A stretch of 64,000 bases of DNA from Candidatus Gottesmanbacteria bacterium. GTDB taxonomy: Bacteria; Patescibacteriota; Microgenomatia; UBA10105; UBA927. A program made the position numbers and the translations under genes. The stretch spans positions 57,368 through 121,367 of the forward strand of contig JAHFKN010000003.1 of assembly GCA_023245355.1 (NCBI GenBank). Direction: 5' to 3'. Of this stretch, positions 46,508 through 58,704 are shown one piece after another. Position 1 is the first letter of the stretch. Each line of letters begins with the position of its first letter. The notes below the pieces were generated by a model. It did no database searches, was not told the DNA's origin, and worked only from the letters and a program-made list of their open reading frames with translations.

Positions 46508-48531
46508 TAATCGTTGAATCACCGACGAAAGCCAGAACACTGTCGCGGTTTTTGGGAAGTAACTACCGCATCGAGGCATCTATGGGGCACGTGCGCGATT
46601 TGCCCAAAAGCACGTTAGGGGTCGATGTGGACCACGATTTTACCCCGAGTTACATAATTCCGCGGGATAAAACCAAACAGGTAAATGCCTTAAAAGACGC
46701 GGCCGCGAAAGCCGATGAAGTGATATTGGCAACCGATCCTGACCGCGAAGGAGAAGCTATAGCTTTTCATGTGGCAGCGATCCTCCGCGAGATGGATGAG
46801 AAAAAAGCGAAAAAATCCAAAAGAAAGCAACCGGAAATCGCCGGAGGTTTCCGCAGGATTGTGTTTCATGAAATTACGGAAACGGCTATCAAAGAAGCGC
46901 TTGCTCATCCGCGGGAGTTGGATCTTCGGATGGTAGATGCACAGCAGGCGCGACGTGTTCTGGACCGGCTTGTCGGGTACAAATTGTCGCCGCTTTTGTG
47001 GAAAAAACTTTCCAAACGGTGGTTATCCGCCGGACGCGTTCAGTCCGTTGCCGTCCGGCTTATTGTCGAGCGCGAGCGGGAAATCCGAAAATTCGAATCC
47101 AAGGAATATTGGACCATAGCCGGATTATTCGCACTGCCCGGCGGCGGTGATATATCAGCCGTGCTCGTTTCCAAAGACGGCGTGAAATACGAACGGTCCT
47201 TAGTGTTTGATCTGTTTGACGGTAAATATACGACGGCCGGTTCATTGTTGTCAGACGAAGCATCGGTGAAAGCGGTCATCGCAGATTTCGCTTCTCCATA
47301 TACGGTATCTGCGGTAGACAAAAAAGAAATCCGCCGCAATCCTGCTGCTCCCTATACGACAAGTACCCTGCAGCAGGATGCCGGGAGACGTTTATACTTT
47401 TCGTCCAAAAAAACGATGCAGATTGCTCAGAAGCTGTATGAAGAGGGATATATTACCTATCACCGGACGGACAGCGTCAATATAAGCGAAAAATTTATTG
47501 ATGAAGCACGCTCGTTTATCACATCAGAATTCGGTCCGTTGTATGTGCCGAAATCACCCCGCCGCTACAAAACGAAATCAAAAGTAGCGCAGGAGGCACA
47601 TGAGGCAATCCGTCCGACTGCCGCAAGCCGCAGAGCAGAGGCCATACAGGAAGGGGACTTTAACCGCGATCATATGCGCCTCTATGACCTTATCTGGAAA
47701 CGTGCCGTGGCAAGTCAGATGGCAGAAGCGGTATTTGATTCGACGACCATTGATATTACCAGCAGCAACGGGTATCAGTTTGAAACGAGCGGATCAGTGA
47801 TTAAATTTGACGGATTTCTGAAAATAACCGGCCGGGAAGCCGAAGAAACGGTTATTCCCGATGTTTCAGAGGGGCAGCAATTATCCCTCAAAGACAGTGT
47901 ACCCACACAGCATTTTACCTCGCCGCCGCCCAGATATACGGAAGCGTCCCTCATAAAAACGCTGGAAGAAAAAGGAATCGGCAGACCGAGTACGTATGCG
48001 CCGATCATGTCGACCATTGTGGACCGTCAGTATGTCACCCGTGATGAAAAAAAGCTGGTACCGACTGAGTTAGGATTTGCGGTGACGGATTTTTTGGTTC
48101 AGTATTTTCCCAATATTCTGGACCTTCCGTTTACCGCACATATGGAAGATGACCTGGATGCGATAGCAAACGGAGAGAAGGAATGGGTTCCCGTAATCAG
48201 GGAATTTTATACGCCGTTTAGTGAAAGTATCGAAAAAACATATACCGACGCGGAAAAAGTAAAGTTGTTGGAGGAAAAAATCGATGAGAAGTGTCCCGTT
48301 TGCGGTCATGACCTGGTTATACGGACCGGCAGATTCGGCAAATTTATCGCGTGTACCAATTTTCCGGAATGTACGTATACGCGGCAATACGGCGAGAAAG
48401 CAGACATCAAGTGCCCGCGCTGCGGCGGGGATATTGTCATAAAGCAAAGCCGCAGGGGGAAGAAATTCTACGGATGCAGTAATTATCCGACCTGCACGTT
48501 TGCCGCGTGGAAAAAAGAAGATATTAAGTAG
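46498..48531 (+). CDS. topA: DNA topoisomerase I
   Basis: Toprim N-terminus (LIIVESPTKA, DPDREGEAI), catalytic Tyr region (YITYHRTDS), and three C-terminal C4 zinc ribbons (CPVCGH..C..C, CPRCGG..C..C). Confidence 0.85.
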   Translation: MQLIIVESPTKARTLSRFLGSNYRIEASMGHVRDLPKSTLGVDVDHDFTPSYIIPRDKTKQVNALKDAAAKADEVILATDPDREGEAIAFHVAAILREMDEKKAKKSKRKQPEIAGGFRRIVFHEITETAIKEALAHPRELDLRMVDAQQARRVLDRLVGYKLSPLLWKKLSKRWLSAGRVQSVAVRLIVEREREIRKFESKEYWTIAGLFALPGGGDISAVLVSKDGVKYERSLVFDLFDGKYTTAGSLLSDEASVKAVIADFASPYTVSAVDKKEIRRNPAAPYTTSTLQQDAGRRLYFSSKKTMQIAQKLYEEGYITYHRTDSVNISEKFIDEARSFITSEFGPLYVPKSPRRYKTKSKVAQEAHEAIRPTAASRRAEAIQEGDFNRDHMRLYDLIWKRAVASQMAEAVFDSTTIDITSSNGYQFETSGSVIKFDGFLKITGREAEETVIPDVSEGQQLSLKDSVPTQHFTSPPPRYTEASLIKTLEEKGIGRPSTYAPIMSTIVDRQYVTRDEKKLVPTELGFAVTDFLVQYFPNILDLPFTAHMEDDLDAIANGEKEWVPVIREFYTPFSESIEKTYTDAEKVKLLEEKIDEKCPVCGHDLVIRTGRFGKFIACTNFPECTYTRQYGEKADIKCPRCGGDIVIKQSRRGKKFYGCSNYPTCTFAAWKKEDIK

Positions 48532-48565
48532 CTCTTCTTGATGATACGCGGTATACTACACTTGT

Positions 48566-48916
48566 ATGGACGAGAAGAAAAAGACCATAGCAGCGCTCAC
48601 CATTATTGTCGGCGGTATCGTACTGGTCGTTATTATCATCGGTGTATTGGTTTCCGGTAAAAAGGTAGTATCACCGGTGCCTGACGAGGGAGCAATCCGG
48701 GTCATATTTATCAGTCCGACGCCGTTTTCCGTTGCGACCGAAATGCCGCAGGTTACGGAAACGAGCCGTACAACCCCGAAGCCGACTGCTAAGCCGACGG
48801 CTAAACCGCAGGCCACTCCCACTGCTACTCCGAAAGCGACGGGTACCCCCGGAAGTGCCACGGTGACGCCGACACGGACTCCGACGCCAAGACCTACCGT
48901 ATCACCGACGCCCTGA
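48566..48916 (+). CDS. Membrane-anchored Thr/Pro-rich protein
   Basis: N-terminal TM, then a TPKPTAKPTAKPQATPTATPKATGTP low-complexity ectodomain. Confidence 0.4.
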   Translation: MDEKKKTIAALTIIVGGIVLVVIIIGVLVSGKKVVSPVPDEGAIRVIFISPTPFSVATEMPQVTETSRTTPKPTAKPTAKPQATPTATPKATGTPGSATVTPTRTPTPRPTVSPTP

Positions 48917-48919
48917 CCC

Positions 48920-49468
48920 ATGGACAGCCTGCTTTCTATCGACCGCTCCGTTTTTCTCAGCATAAATCTGCTGCCTCATACGGCTGTTACGGATTGGCTG
49001 GCGTTATTTTTTTCCGGTGCAGGTACTGCCGGATTTATCTGGATATGCATAGCAGTAGTTCTGTTTTTCAACGAAGAAAAGAAAAATCACCGTTTTTTTC
49101 TGCCGATAGCACTTGCCCTGGGAGCTAGCTGGCTTCTGGTTGAACGGATGCTCAAATACGCCGTAGCACGGCCCCGGCCTCATGTGCTGGACGGTGCGTT
49201 AATAGTCGGCAGCGCTTCGGGTTTTTCGTTCCCGTCCAGCCATGCTGCGGTTTCGTGGGCTATGGCCGTCGTGATGACCCGTTATGAGCCGCGGTTGCGT
49301 TGTGTCTGGTACCTGCTCGCCGCCGTGATTTCGTTTACCCGGATTTATCTTGGCGTGCATTATCCGCTGGATGTGATTGCGGGTGCTGCAATCGGGTGGG
49401 GAATCGGCAGCATTGCGTTGGTGTGGGCGGCTCCGCACCGGAAGAAGTCTCCTGCATCAAGCCGGTGA
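48920..49468 (+). CDS. PAP2-family lipid phosphatase
   Basis: PSSHA (motif 2) and YLGVHYPLDV (motif 3, SRx5Hx3D-like). Polytopic. Confidence 0.6.
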   Translation: MDSLLSIDRSVFLSINLLPHTAVTDWLALFFSGAGTAGFIWICIAVVLFFNEEKKNHRFFLPIALALGASWLLVERMLKYAVARPRPHVLDGALIVGSASGFSFPSSHAAVSWAMAVVMTRYEPRLRCVWYLLAAVISFTRIYLGVHYPLDVIAGAAIGWGIGSIALVWAAPHRKKSPASSR

Positions 49469-49487
49469 TGCGGCACGGTAATCGTCT

Positions 49488-51281
49488 TTATTGTGTTTTG
49501 TTTATCCTGTAGATTTCCGCCAGGCCGTTTGCGTACATACGCGTATACCGCGCCGGATCGTTTATAAGAAGGTGCGCATTGACGGCATTGCCCTGAGAAT
49601 TTTTCGTAAATGTTTTATTTCCGATAAATGCGTACGTTTCTTTCCCCCGGTTTACCCTTGGTTGGTCCATATCAATAGGATTTGTGTGATAGAGCGTAAT
49701 TTGTCTGTTTGTGATGGCCGGTATCCACAGTCCCGCATCTTCATAATTATTGAGGATAATATCAGAAGGCTTCGTATGTTCGGACAGCCACTGCATTGCG
49801 TCCAGATCCTGTTGGGTGACGACACTTAAGTTCCCCGAGCGGATATATCGTTGCAGATGATTTTCTACATGCGGATAGTATGCGTAGACAATCAGGAGTA
49901 ACGTAAGGCCGGTAAGTATATACCTATTGACCGGAGAGAAGTATTTGCGCATGGAGTCCATACTGTAGGATATTCCTCCGGCCAGACTCAGCGCGATAGG
50001 AATCACAAGGAGTAATACCATACGCTTGGGATACAAAAGCGATGAAAAAGGAATCCACCAGAGACGCGCGTTCATGATAAGGATAAGAATGCCCATAGTC
50101 CATACTCCATACCGCAGCAGAAGATGCGGCCGGAATATGCCGGTAATGAAAAGCGAGATCAGATACAACACGATAATCGGAGCGCCGAGTGTTCCTATAA
50201 GAAAGCGGATTGCCTCCGGTGTTACAGAAAACGGGTTGCCGGACCACTCCATTATTTCCTGCATCTGCAGTCCTTTCACGTACGTTTCCGTATGCGGCGA
50301 TATGGGTACGGGATTCTTCAGAATATGAAACAGAAACGGTACGGTGAACATTGCGCACGCTGCCGCAATACACAGGAATGCAGTGCTGTTATGTTTTATC
50401 CTGTTTTCCATACGGCGCCACAGGAGCGGCAGATACAGGAGTGATATATATCCGAGTCCTATCGGCATAATATAATGGATAAGTACTGCACAATACGCGG
50501 CGGCGAAAAGAAAAAAAAGCGACCCCCGTTGTTTCAGGTGGAAAAAAAATATAACGGAAATCAGAAGAAAGTCCAGTGAAAGTACCGTCGGATTTGCTCC
50601 CCACTCGATAAAATCATTGGGGGTCAGACTTAGCCACGTGACGGCAACTGTCGCTATAGCGCTTATAAAAGGCGGAAATTTGCTGCGGATAAGCGTATAG
50701 ATACATACCGCGAAAAACCAATAGGTAAATACGCTCAGCCAAAGTGCATTTGTGTAGACCGGGAGTTTGTTTAACAGCATCATGTCCGCGATAAGTACCG
50801 GAAATCCGATAGGGTAGGAAGTAAATTGCTGAATTGGTACAAGTGGCTCCATGGTTTTGGGAAACCCGTCAGCCAGATAAATAATTTTAGACAGATATGC
50901 ATGCATGCTCATGTCCGCACCGCTCGGTGCGATCGTGCCGTTAAGAGCAAGCATGCCGGGAACAGCCAGGAGAAGGAACCACCCGAGTATGACAATGTTT
51001 GCCCTGATGTTGTGCGTATGTGTGATAACAAAGCGGCGCGTCCTGTACAGGATTGCGATAAATGTACCTATGGACAGAACAATCGACGAAAAAAGAACAT
51101 AATGAAGCGGAAAGCGGAAATATTTAAGAAACCAGAAGCCGATAATCCAATAGGCAAGTGAAAGCGCGATGCAAATCGGGATTTTTTCCGTAAGGAGCAA
51201 CCGCGGAAAAAAATCTTTTCTCAGTGTCAGCAGCGTTCCCGGAAATAAAAAAAACAGCGCCGTAAGAACGATACCGGTCAT
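49488..51281 (-). CDS. Large polytopic membrane protein, possible lipid-linked glycosyltransferase (GT39/ArnT-like)
   Basis: 597 aa, about 14 TM. Placed among envelope genes. No motif-level confirmation. Confidence 0.35.
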   Translation of the reverse strand: MTGIVLTALFFLFPGTLLTLRKDFFPRLLLTEKIPICIALSLAYWIIGFWFLKYFRFPLHYVLFSSIVLSIGTFIAILYRTRRFVITHTHNIRANIVILGWFLLLAVPGMLALNGTIAPSGADMSMHAYLSKIIYLADGFPKTMEPLVPIQQFTSYPIGFPVLIADMMLLNKLPVYTNALWLSVFTYWFFAVCIYTLIRSKFPPFISAIATVAVTWLSLTPNDFIEWGANPTVLSLDFLLISVIFFFHLKQRGSLFFLFAAAYCAVLIHYIMPIGLGYISLLYLPLLWRRMENRIKHNSTAFLCIAAACAMFTVPFLFHILKNPVPISPHTETYVKGLQMQEIMEWSGNPFSVTPEAIRFLIGTLGAPIIVLYLISLFITGIFRPHLLLRYGVWTMGILILIMNARLWWIPFSSLLYPKRMVLLLVIPIALSLAGGISYSMDSMRKYFSPVNRYILTGLTLLLIVYAYYPHVENHLQRYIRSGNLSVVTQQDLDAMQWLSEHTKPSDIILNNYEDAGLWIPAITNRQITLYHTNPIDMDQPRVNRGKETYAFIGNKTFTKNSQGNAVNAHLLINDPARYTRMYANGLAEIYRINKTQ

Positions 51282-52054
51282 AGGATCATCACCGCCAAGT
51301 AGAACAGTCCTGCCAGGATCCGGTAGATACCGAAGTTTGTAAACGTCGCATGCGCGACATAGCGGGTAAATGCCCTGATAACAAACAGCGCGGTGATCCA
51401 GGAAATGACGAACCCTATCATCAGGGTGCCTATTTCAGGGGGTGTGAACGAGTGGGCGCTTTTTAGAAGATCCAGTCCTGTAGCGGCGGCCATGGTCGGA
51501 ACTGCCAGAAAAAAAGAAAATTCCACGGCGTCTTTGCGTTTGAGTCCCGACAGCATTCCTCCGACGATGGTAGAAGCAGAGCGTGATACGCCCGGTACCA
51601 TGGACAGAGACTGAAACAGCCCGATGGCAAGCAATGCCTTTGTATCCAGAGTCAGAATTGTTTTCGATTGTCCCGTAGGATGCGTTACCCAGTATCGCTC
51701 GAGTGCGATTAATATGGCGCCGACTACAATCAAAGCTGCGACAACGACGATCTCGTTGCCCAGTAAGTACGTTTTGATCAGTTTATAAAACAGTACACCT
51801 AAGATGCCGGTCGGAATAAACGCGATAACGGTAGGGCGGAGCAGCATAGGTTCTTTCATGAGCCGTTTCATATACAGGGATACAACCGCCATAATGGCTC
51901 CCAACTGGATAAAAATCTCAAAGCTTTTGACAAAATCCGACCCCGGAATCTGCAGTATTTTGGAAACCAGTATCAGATGCCCGGTGGAGGATACGGGAAG
52001 AAATTCCGTAATACCCTCGATTGCGGCAAGTATAATCGTGTGTATGATGTTCAT
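51278..52054 (-). CDS. uppP: Undecaprenyl-diphosphatase
   Basis: EGITEFLPVSSTGHL and PGVSRSASTIVGG signature motifs. Confidence 0.8.
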   Translation of the reverse strand: MNIIHTIILAAIEGITEFLPVSSTGHLILVSKILQIPGSDFVKSFEIFIQLGAIMAVVSLYMKRLMKEPMLLRPTVIAFIPTGILGVLFYKLIKTYLLGNEIVVVAALIVVGAILIALERYWVTHPTGQSKTILTLDTKALLAIGLFQSLSMVPGVSRSASTIVGGMLSGLKRKDAVEFSFFLAVPTMAAATGLDLLKSAHSFTPPEIGTLMIGFVISWITALFVIRAFTRYVAHATFTNFGIYRILAGLFYLAVMIL

Positions 52055-52074
52055 GTAACTATGGTATCAAATAT

Positions 52075-53646
52075 CTACGGGCGGTTGAAATATCCCGTTT
52101 CTATCAGGTTCTTGCGGTGTTCTTCGTCGATCCAGTCCGGGAAAGGCTCTGATTTGGGCGGATAATCCGGCTGTGCATATAGTACATCGTACAGAGCACT
52201 TGTTAACATATCCGTAATTTGGGGGTAGTCCGCCGTAACAATGTCTTTTTCATGAGTGTCAGTGCTGAGATGATAAAGTTCAGGGGTATGTTCCTGTGTA
52301 TTTTTCATCTCAAGGAATAATTTCCATTCCGTGTTCTGTATTGTTTTGGTTTTCCAGCTGTTTGTCCATTCCGTGATAATGTATGGATTTTTCTTTCCGG
52401 TATGATTCCCGTATACGGCCGGCCGGAAACTCACTCCCCGTAACGCATCGGATTTGGGTTTCCCGATAATATCCAGAATAGTAGGATAAACGTCTATGTG
52501 CTGTATCGGATCGTCTATGCGGGCCGGTTTTGCGCCGGGAACATGCATGATAAGCGGCACGTTAATTTCCGGATTGTACATTTTTATCCCGTGTCCGATA
52601 AGCCCTCCCTCACCCAGCAGTTCACCGTGTTCAGAGGATATGATAACGATGGTATTCCGCATGAGGTTGTTTTTTTCCAGTTGTGCAAGTATATCGTTTA
52701 CGTATAGATCCGTGCGTCTGACATATTCATCATACACATGCCTCATGTATACGAGAAATCCGGCATAATCCCGGTCGGCAAACGCAGGACCGATCACGTG
52801 CGACAGTATAACGTCGCGGTCTTCGGCGGGAAGCTCCAGAAACACCTGTTCGGCTTCATGAAGCGTCGGAGCGGATTGCAGTGTTTTGTACCAGGTCCGG
52901 TATTTGGCCAGCGGAATATCCGATCCTGTCGTAAACGATATATGTCCGAGAAGAGTATTTAATGCCGTTTGGCGGACTGTTTCCGTAAACGGAGTGGTTT
53001 GCAGTTTCGGGGGGATGTATTCCGGATCCAGCGGAAATTTTAGCGGTGCACGCATAAGATGGTTCGGGTAATCGTGAACGCCGTCGGTATGGATAAACAG
53101 GAACGCGGGCTTCCGTTGACGGTTTGACGCTTCGACGTCGTTGACGGCTTTACGCGTCATACCCAGTGATTGGTCAATATCATTTGGCACTATGATTTTG
53201 TTCATAAATCCCGTTTCCAGTCCCTGATACAGACCGACACTCGGCTGGTTTGTACTGACAAACGTCGTGTCGTACCCCGAATGTTTAAGATACAAAGGCA
53301 GCGGGATAATTTCCGGGTTAAGCATATTAAGCAGGGTAACGCCGATTCCGTGACTGGATGGGTATAACGAGGTAAAAAAAGACATAATGCTGGGCAATGT
53401 CCAGGATGAGGCGGAAAATGCACGGGTAAAAAGGGTGTTCCGATCGGCAAATGAACATATGTTGGGAGCGGTGTTGAATTTATAGCCGTAACACGGGAGC
53501 GAATCCGCACGGAGGTTATCGATCATAATAATTACGATATTGCACCGGAAGCAGGGTTTTGAGTCGGGGGAGGGCATACGGAGGAATACGGTATATATTC
53601 CTAACGCGACCATGCCTATAATAAGCAGGTTCCGTATGTAGTGCAT
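52075..53646 (-). CDS. Sulfatase-like (alkaline-phosphatase superfamily) membrane-anchored hydrolase/transferase
   Basis: N-terminal TM, IVIIMIDNLRADSL metal-binding region, and a later HGE/HG motif (SSEHGELLGEGGLIGHG). Confidence 0.55.
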   Translation of the reverse strand: MHYIRNLLIIGMVALGIYTVFLRMPSPDSKPCFRCNIVIIMIDNLRADSLPCYGYKFNTAPNICSFADRNTLFTRAFSASSWTLPSIMSFFTSLYPSSHGIGVTLLNMLNPEIIPLPLYLKHSGYDTTFVSTNQPSVGLYQGLETGFMNKIIVPNDIDQSLGMTRKAVNDVEASNRQRKPAFLFIHTDGVHDYPNHLMRAPLKFPLDPEYIPPKLQTTPFTETVRQTALNTLLGHISFTTGSDIPLAKYRTWYKTLQSAPTLHEAEQVFLELPAEDRDVILSHVIGPAFADRDYAGFLVYMRHVYDEYVRRTDLYVNDILAQLEKNNLMRNTIVIISSEHGELLGEGGLIGHGIKMYNPEINVPLIMHVPGAKPARIDDPIQHIDVYPTILDIIGKPKSDALRGVSFRPAVYGNHTGKKNPYIITEWTNSWKTKTIQNTEWKLFLEMKNTQEHTPELYHLSTDTHEKDIVTADYPQITDMLTSALYDVLYAQPDYPPKSEPFPDWIDEEHRKNLIETGYFNRP

Positions 53647-53708
53647 AGAACGTATAGTAGCAGAAAAATACCGGTACGAAAATTATCGCGGATTGATATA
53701 ATTGCCTC

Positions 53709-54266
53709 ATGATAAAGATGAATGCCAAGGAACTCAGGACGACGGAAGTAGATCCGGAGATTGCCCGGTCTATCAAAAAAAATCCGGTTTTTATCATTTG
53801 CGATAATGTGCTGGATACGTACAATGTCGGTTCCATATTCCGGCTGGCAGACGCCATAGCTGCAAAAAAAGTGTTTTTATGCGGTGCTACGCTGACACCT
53901 CCGAATTCACGGATAAAAAAAGCGTCGATTAACACGACCGGTTGGGTGGATTGGGAATACTGCGAAACGGCAATGGAAGCCATTACAAAACTCCGCGCAG
54001 AACACGCTGATATACAAATCGTTGCAGTAGAGCAGGACCGGCGGAGTAAGCCGTTTTACCAGGTGACGTATGGGTTTCCCCTGGCGATTGTCGTCGGTCA
54101 CGAAACGACGGGCGTATCTTCTGAGGTGCTGGATACGGCTGACGTGATCGTGGAAATGCCGATGTGGGGAATTAACACGTCCCTGAATGTTATGGTGTCC
54201 TGCGGGATAATCCTGTATGAGATCATGAAACAACATACGCAGACAATCGGTTCCGCTTCATATTGA
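53709..54266 (+). CDS. SpoU/TrmH-family RNA 2'-O-methyltransferase (SPOUT)
   Basis: NVGSIFRLADA (motif 1), VVGHETTGVS (motif 2), MWGINTSLNV (motif 3). Confidence 0.65.
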   Translation: MIKMNAKELRTTEVDPEIARSIKKNPVFIICDNVLDTYNVGSIFRLADAIAAKKVFLCGATLTPPNSRIKKASINTTGWVDWEYCETAMEAITKLRAEHADIQIVAVEQDRRSKPFYQVTYGFPLAIVVGHETTGVSSEVLDTADVIVEMPMWGINTSLNVMVSCGIILYEIMKQHTQTIGSASY

Positions 54267-54270
54267 GAAG

Positions 54271-54996
54271 ATGCGTTGTTCACCATTTGCATCTCTGGGA
54301 ATGTACAATAGGTACATGAAGCATCTGGTTGTCGCAGGCAGTATTATTCTTCTTTTCCTTTTCGGACTGTTATCCAAATATGAAGATCGTGCGTTTATTC
54401 GGAACCTGGATTTTGCGGTAACCGTGAGACTGCAGGAGCGGATTGACCGGTCATCACATCTACGCGCAGCGTCTGTCGTCGGAAACCTGATGGAGGGAGC
54501 AACGTTTTTTGCGAGCCCTGAATTTATCAGCATAGTAACCGTCTGTCTTACCGGATTCCTGCTCTATGACCGGAAGAAAAAGCGATGGAACATGCGCGCT
54601 TTGGCTGTTCCGCTGGCGCTTACAGCACTGGTTCTGGTCGAAATATACAGCAAATCTGTCGTGCATCATCCGGCGCCGGTGTTTAGCATGATCAAAAATC
54701 CGACGACGATTTTTCCTGCCAATTACATCAATGAACAGTTCTCTTATCCGTCGGGACATGCGGCTAGGGGATTGTTTATCGCTGTCATTGCCGGTATCTG
54801 GCTGATACGCGACAGGTTTGTCCGTAAGGGCGCGGCCATGTTGACATTGGGGCTGTTAAGCGGGTATGTGTTACTTGTTTCCGTAAGCAGGATTTATTTG
54901 GGGCATCATTGGTTTTCCGATGTGGCAGGCGGGTGGCTATTAGGAGGTGCGTGCAGCATGGCATGTGCGTCTTTCCTCTATAAAAAAAATGTATGA
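54271..54996 (+). CDS. PAP2-family lipid phosphatase
   Basis: YPSGHA (motif 2) and SRIYLGHHWFSDV (motif 3). Confidence 0.6.
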   Translation: MRCSPFASLGMYNRYMKHLVVAGSIILLFLFGLLSKYEDRAFIRNLDFAVTVRLQERIDRSSHLRAASVVGNLMEGATFFASPEFISIVTVCLTGFLLYDRKKKRWNMRALAVPLALTALVLVEIYSKSVVHHPAPVFSMIKNPTTIFPANYINEQFSYPSGHAARGLFIAVIAGIWLIRDRFVRKGAAMLTLGLLSGYVLLVSVSRIYLGHHWFSDVAGGWLLGGACSMACASFLYKKNV

Positions 54997-55985
54997 GAAC
55001 CGCGGTGAAACGGGCAGCTTTGGGATTTCTCATTTTTTTGGAAATCTGCGCCATTATTTTTCTAAGTGTACGGGTGGTCCGTCAGGTAGAAAAGCAAATT
55101 CACTCAATTAAATACGCCGCCAATCTTCCTGCCGCTGCGTATAACCCGCAGATAAAAAGTGAACGGTTCCCTCATTTTTTCGAGCCGGAAGCGGCACGTA
55201 TCATAAACGACAACCCGGCATGGCTGGGTTATACTGTTTCCTACTCGATTAACGCAGACAGTCTGAATGAGCGGAATGACTACCCGATAACCAAGACCGT
55301 TGACGGGTTCCGCATTGTGACGCTGGGCGATTCATTTACCTACGGATTGTTCGTGAACACGTACGAAAACTATACGGAACGTTTGGAGGATTACCTTGCG
55401 GGCGTATGCCCCAACGGGAGGCAGTATGAGGTAATAAATCTGGGTGTGCCGGCATATGATATCGGATACAGCGCTGAGCGGTTTCGGCTGCGCGGACAGA
55501 AATATGACCCGGACCTGGTAGTGTGGTTTATCAACCCATTTACATTTGAAGTGGACGCCGACAGAAGGCAGGCACTGGAAAATGAATACCTGAGTAAAAT
55601 TTCGGAGGCGAATTACTGGAAAGAATTGAACGGAGAGGTGGAGTATTATCCCGGCATGCTGGCATGGCAGCAACTGGGAAAAGAAACTCGCATGGAGCAA
55701 ACTATTGAAAAACAAGTGCAGTATTTCCGGGAGTTCCTGGCGTCATATCATAACGATTTACTTATTGTGGCAAACCAGTGGGATCTTTGGTACCCGGCAG
55801 CTGCCGAGGCATTGCAAAGGGAACTGGCGGACCGTACCAATGCGTGGATTTACAAAATGGATCCGCTGGTGCCGGGCGTCACATTGTTACCTGACGGGCA
55901 TCCGAACGTGGAAGGGCATATGCGCATTTCCGAACGCATAGCGACGTATATGCTTGAGAACAATATCCTGACGTGTGCCCGGTGA
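54993..55985 (+). CDS. SGNH/GDSL-like hydrolase
   Basis: IVTLGDSFTYG block I. N-terminal TM anchor. Confidence 0.5.
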   Translation: MRTAVKRAALGFLIFLEICAIIFLSVRVVRQVEKQIHSIKYAANLPAAAYNPQIKSERFPHFFEPEAARIINDNPAWLGYTVSYSINADSLNERNDYPITKTVDGFRIVTLGDSFTYGLFVNTYENYTERLEDYLAGVCPNGRQYEVINLGVPAYDIGYSAERFRLRGQKYDPDLVVWFINPFTFEVDADRRQALENEYLSKISEANYWKELNGEVEYYPGMLAWQQLGKETRMEQTIEKQVQYFREFLASYHNDLLIVANQWDLWYPAAAEALQRELADRTNAWIYKMDPLVPGVTLLPDGHPNVEGHMRISERIATYMLENNILTCAR

Positions 55986-56051
55986 CGGCTTCGTCTGAAC
56001 GGAGTACGGGTAATTTGAACTATAGGGTATATTTCGGTATAATCCCGCAGT

Positions 56052-56702
56052 ATGGTAGAACGAAAGCCGGGATATATCAAACGACATACGCCCAAAGGCC
56101 GGTACGAGGAGTACCGGGCCAAACATGCGCATCTTATAGCCCAAACCCAGGGCGAGGCGCGCTACCTTTTTGAAAAGAAACTGGATACTGATGCCAGACG
56201 GTATGCGCGAATTTCGGTTGCGCGGGATGTGCTGACTGCAGCGGTGCTAGCCACCGGCGCAGTATATATAGGAAGGGAAATCAAAAATCAAACGCTGGGT
56301 ACCACGCTCGGATCCATTCCGCGTAAGATACACGAACTCTCGGAGAGAATTAAGGCGGCAGGCCTCACAAAAGCCAATACCGTACTGGAATATGCCGGAT
56401 CCCATCTTGCCGAGGGCGCAGCTGCACGGATTGAATCACATCTTCCGGTCATGATGGAAATCATTGAGCGTGAGGCGCCCGCTGTCGGCCGGGCTGCTGC
56501 TTCAGGGGCATTGCAGGAAGTGCATCAATCGCTTCCGCAGATTACTCATGCATTGGAAGTGCAACTTACCGCATCGGGAGACGTGATAGCAGCACGCATT
56601 ATGGCTGCCATAGAATCAGGCATGCCGCATATGGCAAAAACGTTTGCAGCGTCAGTACGCAGTATTCCGGGCATGCTTCTGTTCGGAACGGGGAAGAAGT
56701 GA
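56052..56702 (+). CDS. Hypothetical Ala-rich helical protein
   Basis: 216 aa, Ala/Glu-rich amphipathic helices. No family recognised. Confidence 0.35.
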   Translation: MVERKPGYIKRHTPKGRYEEYRAKHAHLIAQTQGEARYLFEKKLDTDARRYARISVARDVLTAAVLATGAVYIGREIKNQTLGTTLGSIPRKIHELSERIKAAGLTKANTVLEYAGSHLAEGAAARIESHLPVMMEIIEREAPAVGRAAASGALQEVHQSLPQITHALEVQLTASGDVIAARIMAAIESGMPHMAKTFAASVRSIPGMLLFGTGKK

Positions 56703-56718
56703 GGCGTATTGTTTCCCC

Positions 56719-56748
56719 TTGACGCACGGATAAGAGCCAGCATATAAT
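56719..56748 (+). promoter_or_regulatory. Near-consensus sigma70-like promoter (TTGACG-N18-TATAAT)
   Basis: ttgacg at 56719..56724 and tataat at 56743..56748. Confidence 0.3.
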
Positions 56749-56799
56749 AAGGTTCAATGAGTGACTAAGAGCTGACCATTGGTGTATGGATAGCGATAT

Positions 56800-56824
56800 C
56801 CCGACCGAATGGTCGGGTTTTTTT
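56800..56824 (+). terminator. Rho-independent terminator
   Basis: cccgacc-gaat-ggtcggg followed by ttttttt. Confidence 0.65.
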
Positions 56825-57034
56825 GTCTTCATTGACCGGATTCTCGCAAATTTACATTTGGAATAAGAACAGCGGCTTTATTTTCACTTTACGAAATCGG
56901 GGGTAAACCCCGGGTCGCATCGGACGGAAGTCAAACGGTGACTTTTTCGAAATAGCCCTTTAACAATCGAATGGTGATAGGATTTTTTTTGATGTAAGCA
57001 GATTTTTGGTCAAACAAAAGTCCCTTATGTCAAT

Positions 57035-58544
<1,510 letters not shown>

Positions 58545-58704
58545 ATTTGAAAAATATCACTCGATCGGGATATTCACCAATTAGGTGAATGGTCTTTGAT
58601 ATTTTTCTCTCAAAACCCTAGATCCTATGCAAATCGTCATGTGTTGCTTCCGCTTTTATGCGGTGTGACTGGACGAGCTGCTCTGGATCCCTATCACCAT
58701 TGGA

